This document shows positions 40,401 through 50,200 of a stretch of DNA of 64,000 nucleotides, in pieces (positions within the stretch are counted from its first letter, which is position 1; every line of letters starts with the position of its first letter). The stretch spans positions 20,084,587 to 20,148,586 of the forward strand of contig CM120648.1 in the NCBI GenBank assembly GCA_051362555.1, in the 5' to 3' direction. The translations under genes and the position numbers were made by a program. Source of the DNA: Lingula anatina (Eukaryota; Animalia; Brachiopoda). The notes under the pieces were generated by a model. That model did no database searches and had not been told where the DNA came from. It saw only the letters and a list, made by a program, of their open reading frames with translations.

Positions 40401-40556
40401 TCTGGGGAAGAAAACATGAGTAGTATAAGAATGTTGACGATATGTCGATGTATGAACAGTCCCTGACAAATGAAATAAATTAGATTGAAAGCAAGTCTAT
40501 AAAGATTAAGGTCTAGTCTCTCTCTCTCTCTCTCTCTCTCTCAAACCCCCCCCCCC

Positions 40557-40588
<32 letters not shown>

Positions 40589-41185
40589 TTTGAAGAAGGC
40601 ACATCAGCTGAAAACTCAATCGGGCGCTTGATACCAATTATACTTATTACATGCATTTGCAATCTAATTTATTTATTTTTATACAATATTTATACAATAT
40701 ACTGCGGGATTAATACGATGATTTAGATGAATATGCACGCATTGCAATACATAACAATATGCATTATGCTAAAATCAGTTAGTTCGGCCATAGCTTATTG
40801 TATTCTTCGCAGTGGCAGAAAGGGACCATCTAGATGATATTGACAAGGAGCTATTGGAAAAAATTGAGAAAATTGCCAGAGGAGAAGATGTGGAGCCAGA
40901 GAAACAGGTCACAATTTGGGATTTTGCAGGACAGGATGTCTACTACACCACGCACCAAACATTCCTCTCAGAGCGGATCATCTACTTGTTGGTATTCCGA
41001 CTTGACCAGGACCTCGATGATAAAATCCGTGTATACAGGGGAGAGAAGACACTGAAAGGTATTGTTGAGCTTTATGTATATATCTTTACATGTATAAGCT
41101 ACTCAGGGCCCTCATGTAAATGGCCTGTCAGCTGTGTGTAATTTCTTTATTAAAAGACCCACATTTTTAAATCTCTCTATTGCTC

Positions 41186-41268
<83 letters not shown>

Positions 41269-44200
41269 CATTGAGTTTTTAGTAGTGTTAATTGTACCAC
41301 CAGCGTTAGTGCTGGCGGTACACATGGTTTTAGTCCCGTCCGGATCGGTCCACCGGCTCCGCCGGCTCCTGCGGCTCCGCCGGACGGCTACCGTTACCAC
41401 TTCTCCTCCTAGACGGTAAGGGCCCCCGTACCCATCTCTTGGATTTAGGTCACCTATAATCTCAACTCGTTCTACGTAAAATTTGGGCTTTGTCGGTATT
41501 GGGGTCTAGGTGTGGCACTCATTGCAATGCACCCTTGTCTAAAAATGGCAAAATTAAATGCTAATTATCTACCCTACGGATGGAATTATGGGAAAAATTT
41601 CTACAGACGGCTTTCCAAAAGTCATATGTGTAGATTTCAAATATGCCCTTGGATTTGACCTTTGACCTTTATTTCAAGGTCAAATGGGCCAAAATTTTCA
41701 AAAAAATTAATTTTTTTACGAAAAAAAAATTATTTGCCCTGTTATTCAGACACCACACAGACAAAATATATAAGGCTTGGCAAAGCAGACAACATGTGGT
41801 CAAAAATGACATTATTTCATCAAATTTGAACTTCTGGAACTTCAGAGCACCTCCCATTTCAAGAATTTTGACCAAAATGACCTTTTCTTTATTTTAATTA
41901 ATTTTTTCTGTAGGAAATTTATGGCACATTATGGTAACTCCAAAATTATAACATTTAGTCCCTTATATCTCCAAAACTGGCAGAGATAGGTCCAAAGTTA
42001 CTATTGAAGTTGAATAGGAAGTCATATACTGGCAATCTTACTGTGACCTTGAAATTGACCTTTGACCTACTTTTCACCATGAATTGAACTTTGCAAATTT
42101 TGCTTCCCTTTTATCTCCAAAACTGGCAGAGATAGGTCCATAGTTACTATTGAAGTTGAATAGGAAGTCATATACTGGCCATCTAAATGTGACCTTAAAA
42201 TTGACCTTTGGCCTACTTTTCACCATGAACTGAACTTTATGAATTTTGCTTCCCTTTTATCTCCAAAACTGGCAGAGATAGGTCCATAGATACTATTAAA
42301 CTTGAATAGGAAGTCATATACTGGCAATCTTAATGTGACCTTAAAATTGACCTTTGACCTACTTTTCACCATGAACTGAACTCTGCTAATTTCTTTCTCT
42401 TTTAACTCCAAACCTGGCAGAGATAGGTTCATAGTTACTATTGAAGTTGAATAGGAAGTCATATACTGGCAATCTATATGTGACCTTGAAATTGACCTTT
42501 GACCTACTTTTCACCATGAATTGAACTTTGCAAATTTTGCTTCCATTTTATCTCCAAAACTGGCACAGATAGGTCCATAGTTGCTCTTGAACTTGAATAG
42601 GAAGTCATCTCCTGGCAATCTAAGTGTGACCTTGAAATTGACCTTTGACCTACTTATTATCATGAACTGAACTCTGCTAATTTCTTTCTCTTTTAACTCC
42701 AAACCTGGCAGAGATAGGTCCATAGTTACTATTGAAGTTAAATATGAAGTCATATTCTGGCAATTCACTGTGACCTTGAAATTGACCTTTGACCTTCTTT
42801 TCACCATGAACTGAACTTTGCATATTTTGCTTCCCTTTTATCTTCAAAACTGGCAGAGATATGTCCATGGTTACTATTGAACTTGAATAGGAAGTCATAT
42901 ACTGGCAATCTTACTGTGACCTTGAAATTGACATTTGACCTACTTTTCACCATGAACTGAACTTTGCAAATTTTGCTTCCCTTTTTTCTCCAAAACTGGC
43001 TGAGATAGGTCCATAATTACTATAGAACTTGAATAGGAAGTCATACACTGGCAATCTAAATGTGACCTTGAAATTGACCTTTGACCTACTTTTCACCATG
43101 AACTGAACTTTGCACATTTTGCTTCCCTTTTATCTCCAAAGTTACGCTGTATCAAAAAGTACATTGGTGGTGAAAGCAAAATGTGCAGTACGGTAATGGA
43201 TAATAAATTTTGAACTCCAGAAAAATAAATCATAAGGCTTGGCAAAGCAGACAACTCAAGGTCAAAAATGACATTATATCATCAAATTTGAACATCTCGA
43301 ACTTCAGAACACCTCCCATTTCAAGAATTTTGACCAAAATGACCTTTTATAATAATAATAATAATATATTTATTTAAAGTCTAAAATCCATAAAATATGT
43401 TCTGTAGACTTTACAAACTAAAAACCTAAAACACAGTAAGATGAATTGAATTAATAAAATTATGACTTAATAGTCTGAGTTAAGATAATGATGCCCAGTT
43501 AATATTTCCGAGTTATAAAATGTTCTTTAATAAAATTTGTGAAAAAGGTATGTTTTTAAAGCTTTTTTAAAATCCTTCACTGAGCTAATGCTTCTCAAGT
43601 CTAGAGGTAATTTATTCCACTCATGTGGTGCTGCGTACTGGAATGATTTTTCGCCAAAAGATTTTAGTCTTGCGTTCTGTGGTTTTAGTAATAATTGATC
43701 CTTAGATCTTAAGGTACGGTTTGGTGTGTAATGAGATACAAGATCACAAATAAAATCTGGTGCAAGTCCGTAAAAAGCCGCATGAGCATGAGTTAAAAGT
43801 TTGAATAAGATCCGGGCGTTTACAGGTAGCCAGTGAAGTTGTTTTAATATCTTTATTTTAATTAATTATTTCTGTAGGAAATTTATGGCACATTATGGTA
43901 ACTCCAAAATTATAACATTTAGTCCCTTATATCTCCAAAACTGGCAGAGATAGGTCCATAGTTACTATTGAAGTTGAATAGGAAGTCATATACTGGCAAT
44001 CTTACTGTGACCTTGAAATTGACCTTTGACCTACTTTTCACCATGAACTGAACTTTGCAAATTTTGCTTCCCTTTTATCTCCAAAACTGGCAGAAAGGTC
44101 CATAGTTACTATTGAAGTTGAATAGGAAGTCATATACTGGCAATCTTAATGTGACCTTAAAATTGACCTTTGGCCTACTTTTCACCATGAACTGAACTTT

Positions 44201-47200
44201 GCAAATTTTGCTTCCCTTTTATCTCCAAAACTGGCAGAAAGGTCCATAGTTACTATTGAAGTTGAATAGGAAGTCATATACTGGCAATCTTAATGTGACC
44301 TTAAAATTGACCTTTGGCCTACTTTTCACCATGAACTGAACTTTACGAATTTTGCTTCCCTTTTATCTCCAAAACTGGCAGAGATAGGTCCATAGTTACT
44401 ATTAAACTTGAATAGAAGTCATGTACTGGCAATTTACTGTGACCTTGAAATTGACCTTTGACCTACCTTATGATGAATTCACTTTGATTGTACCATTTTA
44501 AGTTATGTATATTTTTTGCATATTTTGAAAATTCTTCTTGATTGCATTTTTACAGCTTGTCAAGCACAAAACTGGTGGCTGTGTCCCTTACTTTGTGTAT
44601 GTGGGGGTCTATACGAATGCGCTTGCTCCAGCTGGTGGTACAATATTTGGAGGCGGTATCACCTCTCTGATCCTCTAGTTTTAAATGGTTCCGATGAGTG
44701 TTTTAGATTTTAATATTGTAGTAATTTTAAGGATTTTAGTTATATTATCCATTGTAAGCCGCCCAATAAGAAACATTATTATTATTATTATTATATTAAT
44801 TGGCGCTATTTTTTAGCAATGCTGAGGAGAAAACACTGATTAATATTCATCTTTGCAATTACCTCAAGGCTTTATATACATTTTTCAGAGTTTATTATGT
44901 TTTGGTTAAACTCAATCCATATGCACACTATTGGAAAATTGAGGGAAGAAGACAAAAATGCCATGCCATACGTCTTGATTATTGGAACTCATAAGGACAT
45001 GTTATGCGCACAGGTGAAAACGCTTTTCTTATCACAATTATTCAATTACTACCATACTTATTCTATGTATAATTTGTATCCCTTCAACCATATCACGATT
45101 CCTGACGAGTGACTTAATTATTTAGAAACTTTTCACTATGTGACTATTTGTGGATGGCATGATTTAATGTTGGGGGAAAAGGGTGTTCCTTGCCCCCTGT
45201 ACTCCATCCTAATTTTATATGTTCATTGCAACATACCCCATTTCTCAACTTGAACAAAGTGGACTATATCATATACACACATACACATACACACACCCCG
45301 GTAAATGTTTTCCTTTACACTGACAATTTAACATTATTATATGGTAATGAACAACAACTACAAAAATGTCTTAACTAGTTTTTATTCATAGGGCGACGTT
45401 GAAAAGATTTTTGATAAACTCAAGAAGTGTCTCGACGACAGGCAGGTACTCAAGGACCACGTCTACCGATATTTTGCCATAAGCAACTTGGCCGAAGATG
45501 ATGGGGAGTTCGCTGAAATAAAAAAAGCGATCGAAGATTTGTGCGGTTATAGCAGCAACAGTATTGCTACCGTTCAACATCTTTCAGTGAATTGGATTAA
45601 ATTGGAAATGAATTTGGCAGAGAAGAGTGAAGAAACCCCCATCATATCTATTGAAAAACTGAGGGAAATGGCAAAAAGGGTAGGACTCCCTGATGAAGAA
45701 TTACAAGAAAAGTTCATTCCTTACCATCACCGTCAAGGCGACATCCTACACTTCAAAGTTGATGGACTGGAAAATGTCGTCATAATAGATCCACTTTGGT
45801 TAGCAGATGTGTTTTCTGCCATCATGACCAATGCCAGCAGTCAACCTGGAGGCAGTCACTTTGATCTCCTGAAAGACGATCTGAAAAGAGGAGTGCTCAA
45901 TGAGGAGGTATTTGATGAATATCTAAAACAAATCAAAATGGCCGAAAAAAAGACTGAAATCATTCAACTTATGCTGCATTTCGACTTGATGTTAGAAATA
46001 TCCCAGTCAGTTGAAAACCCTCTGCCCGGGTCTGGAAAGAGAAGATTCATCGTGCCCAGTATGCTGGTATCCAATAACAGTGTAAATAACGCCTTGTCTG
46101 AGACGGATCCACAGAAACATTTGCTTATCGCATTCCCTCACATTCTGTTTCCTACCGGGTTGTTTCATCGTCTGATCATCCGTCTTCTTAGGAAGTATAG
46201 AGCTCAGGAATATAAACATAACATTCCAGTTGTTGGGTTTGACCATGCCTCCTTCCGTTTGGGAGACGAACAATCGGTGCTCCATCTCGCCATTGAAGAA
46301 AGGGCCATGAGAATGATGATAACAAATGCTACTGGAAACAAACCAAAACCTGACATATACTCCAACGCACGGGAAACCGTTGAAAAAGAACTGTCAACTC
46401 TTAAGGACACGTACTGTCCCAGGATGCAGTTAGGCTTTTGCATTCGGTTAAATGACAAAGGAAAAGATATTCCAATAAAAGCAGAAGACGTCCAAGAAAA
46501 CGATGAGATATGTAGATCTGTAGAGGACACTGAAATGCCAATCGATGTGACACCGTATCGTGTTTGGTTTTCAGGTAAGCATTAAAATTTTAGGTAGTTT
46601 TACTGTGAACAGACATTATGTTCCTGAATATAATTAGGGGTAATGTAGTCATTGAAATCGGTGATACTTTAACTGATGTAAATGCAACTAATAATATTGG
46701 GTGATGTACTATGATGTACATGAAGAGAATTAATATTTCAAATTGTTGCCAATAAACCAAACTTTATATATTTTAAAATAATGTAACTTGATAAATACCC
46801 AAAGGTATTTTTTATAATCCCCGAAAATGATATCTTTACAGATCTTATCAGCATTTTTCCCCTTGGCAAATTTTTGCCCATCGCCTTTGTTAGAACAGTA
46901 TAAATATCGCCCATAAAGTCATGCAATTTATATTTTAATCATTCCAACAAAACGAGTTTTACATGGGCATCAACGTCTGTGTGAGGGTAAGACTGTTGCA
47001 GTTCTATGTGCCGAACATTTTTATGTACAGAAACAGATTTGTCTGTACACATAGCCGTCACCTGCGTCTGTCGTCGCAGTTGCCGTAGGCCGTCACCATT
47101 GTCGCCGTTGCCGTGCACTCAGCAATAACACGATAAGTGGAATACCATTTTACATTTTGTATTCAAATTTGCATATATGCAGCACTGATAACACAATATA

Positions 47201-50200
47201 AGAAAAACAGATGGGCAAATTGCCATTATACTCACAGGATTGGTCAACCTTTCTGAAACGTAGGACGAGTTTGAAAATCAGCATAATCTGGCCATTATTT
47301 TATAAGTTATGCTGTTTTTTCACATTTCTTCAGATTCAATTCTTAGGCATGTTAACAGTCTCATTATTTAACTAATAAGATACCTAAAAGTGTTTGTTTG
47401 ATATTTCCTGCATCTTTACAACATTGTTAGTTGATTATGTAAAAATGATGGTAAACTTGTTATCATGTATTGTATAATAAAGTGTCAAAAATGGAAATAA
47501 ACTCATATAACTGCAGTTTGTAAGATTCAATCATTCACTATGATAATGTTCAGAAACTCAGAATGGACTAAATTGGACATAAAACACTGTTCTATTGATA
47601 TTTTTATGAAAATGGCAGTAAACTGTTAATTTTGTTATATGTTAAAAATTTGTTAAAAATGAAAAAAAAAATGCATTTCAGGACAGTGCTGTCTTGTCTA
47701 CATTTTGGCATTTTCAAGGTGTGACTTTGAAGTTCCATGGGCCTGAAGACCTTTGCTAGTCACATTTTCTGAATATCCGTGATACTAATATTTTATTATT
47801 AAAAATTGATGGTTATTATCCTGTTAAACATTATAATTCATTCCTTACCATCACCAGCAAGGCGACATCCTACACTTTAAAATTGATGGACTGGAAAATG
47901 TCGTCATAATAGATCCACTTTAGTTAGCAGTTGTGTTTTCTGCCATCATGACCCCGACCAGCATTCACTCTGGATGTAGTCGTGGGAGTCCTAAAAGAGG
48001 AGGTATTTGATGAGTATCTAAAAGAATTTAAGATGGCTGAAAAAAAGACTGAAATCATTCGACTTATGCTGCATTTCGACTTGATGTTAGAAATATCCCA
48101 ATCAGTTGAAAACCCTCTGCCTGGACATGGAAAAAGAAGATTCATCGTACCCAGTATGCTAGTATAAAATAACAGTGCAAATGAGACAAATCCGCAGAAA
48201 TATTTGCTTATCGCATTCCCTCATATTCTGTTTCTTACTGGGTTATTTCATCGTCTGACCATCCGTCTTCTAAGGAAGTATAAAGCTCAGCAATATAAAA
48301 ATAACATCCCAGTTGTCGGGTTTGACAGCACCTCCTTCCGCCTGGCTGATAAACAGTCGGTGCTGCATCTCGCCATTGAAAATAAGTCCATGAAGTTGTT
48401 TATAACTAACGCCACTGTACTCCCTCCAAAGACTCACGTGTACTCAGAAGCAACAAAAACAGTTGAAAACGAGTTGACAGTCCTTCGGGATACATACTGC
48501 CCCAGGATGCATTTTGGCTACAGCATCAGGTTTAACATGACGGACCCAATATTCCAATAAATGCGCATGGCGTCCAAACGGGCGATTCCATATGTGTGTA
48601 TGTAGAGAACTCTGACGTGTTGGTAGATTTGAGGCCATATCGCGTTTGGTTTTCCGGTGAGCAGTTTGAAATATCACGTAGTGTTGTTGTGAATAGACAT
48701 TAGGCCCTATGCTATTTTAACATAGAACATGCATTCCGTGTTAATTGGTTCACAGATCTTAACATTTTAAAAGATCCCTGATTACACATCATGTAATATC
48801 TGAAAACAGATACCATAAGAAAATTTAGGTTTGATTAGTTTTAATTTTCAAAATAATTTATCTGGAAAAAAGTATTAAGGATATTTCTGTTTTGTACATA
48901 TATTTTTGAAAATATTGATTTTTTACACAAACACTAATGACATACAATGTTAGTTATTTCGTATGAATACTCAATTGTATATGCAATAGACTAAAAAATG
49001 CTCAATTAGAAATTAATGGGAAAATTTATATTAATCTACCCTTCTTAAATGAACTAGGTACTTGTTTGTAACATTTTTATTAGAAACAAAAGGCACGATA
49101 TCGTATTCAGATTTTACTCAAACATGTTATGAATTAGCAACCTGTGATAACAAGTCATTAGAAACATGTCAGTGAAAAATAAAACCAAAATTAACAATCA
49201 TTTCGGAATGACACTTGGATTTTGAAAGGAAAAGTACGGCGTATGATAGGACATAAAGTATTTTGATGGGGCCCTAGAGGCCAAGTACCAATATATAATA
49301 TATATTAGGCCAATCTTACCATTTTAGCAGCCCCAGAGAATCAAGACCGTCGTGCAGCCAAGTGTCCTGAAAACGAGGCAAGTTATGAGCTTTTAAATAC
49401 GTTTGTGTCTAAGTACTGCGCAGCAAACACAGAACGTTATTATAACGTTACCATATCATATGTCCAAAAACATTTTGGTAACATTATAGGAACGTTCTGT
49501 GTTTGCTGACCATTATCCTCACTTGCACAAGTTTTAGTAAGACCATGAAATTAAATGTACTTGTATATACACAATCATAAGAAAAATTGGATACACTTAG
49601 GCATAAATGAGCACTTTTCACTCTGTTACACTTGCTATACGACCTCCGATATTTCTAATGATAAATTTCACATAAAGAGGGTGTATGTGTGCGTTTCAGT
49701 ACAAGAACGATTCCGAACCAAGAGGTCGTGCACTCATTATCAACAACAAGACATTTTCCGTGGACTGGCTTCCAGAACGTGATGGTACCGAGGTAGATGT
49801 TGTTGCCTTGAGGAAACTATTCCGTTACCTCCATTATGAGACAGACGTTATCAGTAACCTGACTGCACATGTGAGTTCATTAATAAGATCATGGTGTGTT
49901 TGTAATAAAACGAACATCGTGAAAGCCAAATGGCTTTTAGGTTTCAAAGACTAACATACTTTTTGGTGATATCTCAATATATTTATCAGTGACACAAAGA
50001 TGATACAATTGATACTTGAACCTTTTGGTTCAAAACAGGTGTACGTTGTCAAACAAACTTTTCGGTCACATTTTATTATGTTTATCTATTTCACTGCAAT
50101 ATATTTTTCTACTAAAATGAAGCTTTTCACTCGTTTCTGTTCATTGCATGTATTTGTATTTATATGAGAGATGTACGGTACACTGAATAGTTATACAACA

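Noticed and set aside
40546-40588. Poly-C tract (and poly-G at ~13549-13567) as G-quadruplex regulators
   Set aside because: Simple homopolymers of uncertain length with no further supporting evidence
41112-41419. YIYIYI-type ORFs (also 13146-13352)
   Set aside because: Translations of (TA)n microsatellites
47982-48560. ORFs 47982-48167 and 48204-48560 as a second functional Roco gene
   Set aside because: In-frame stops, missing 5' part and no acceptor; pseudo-exon
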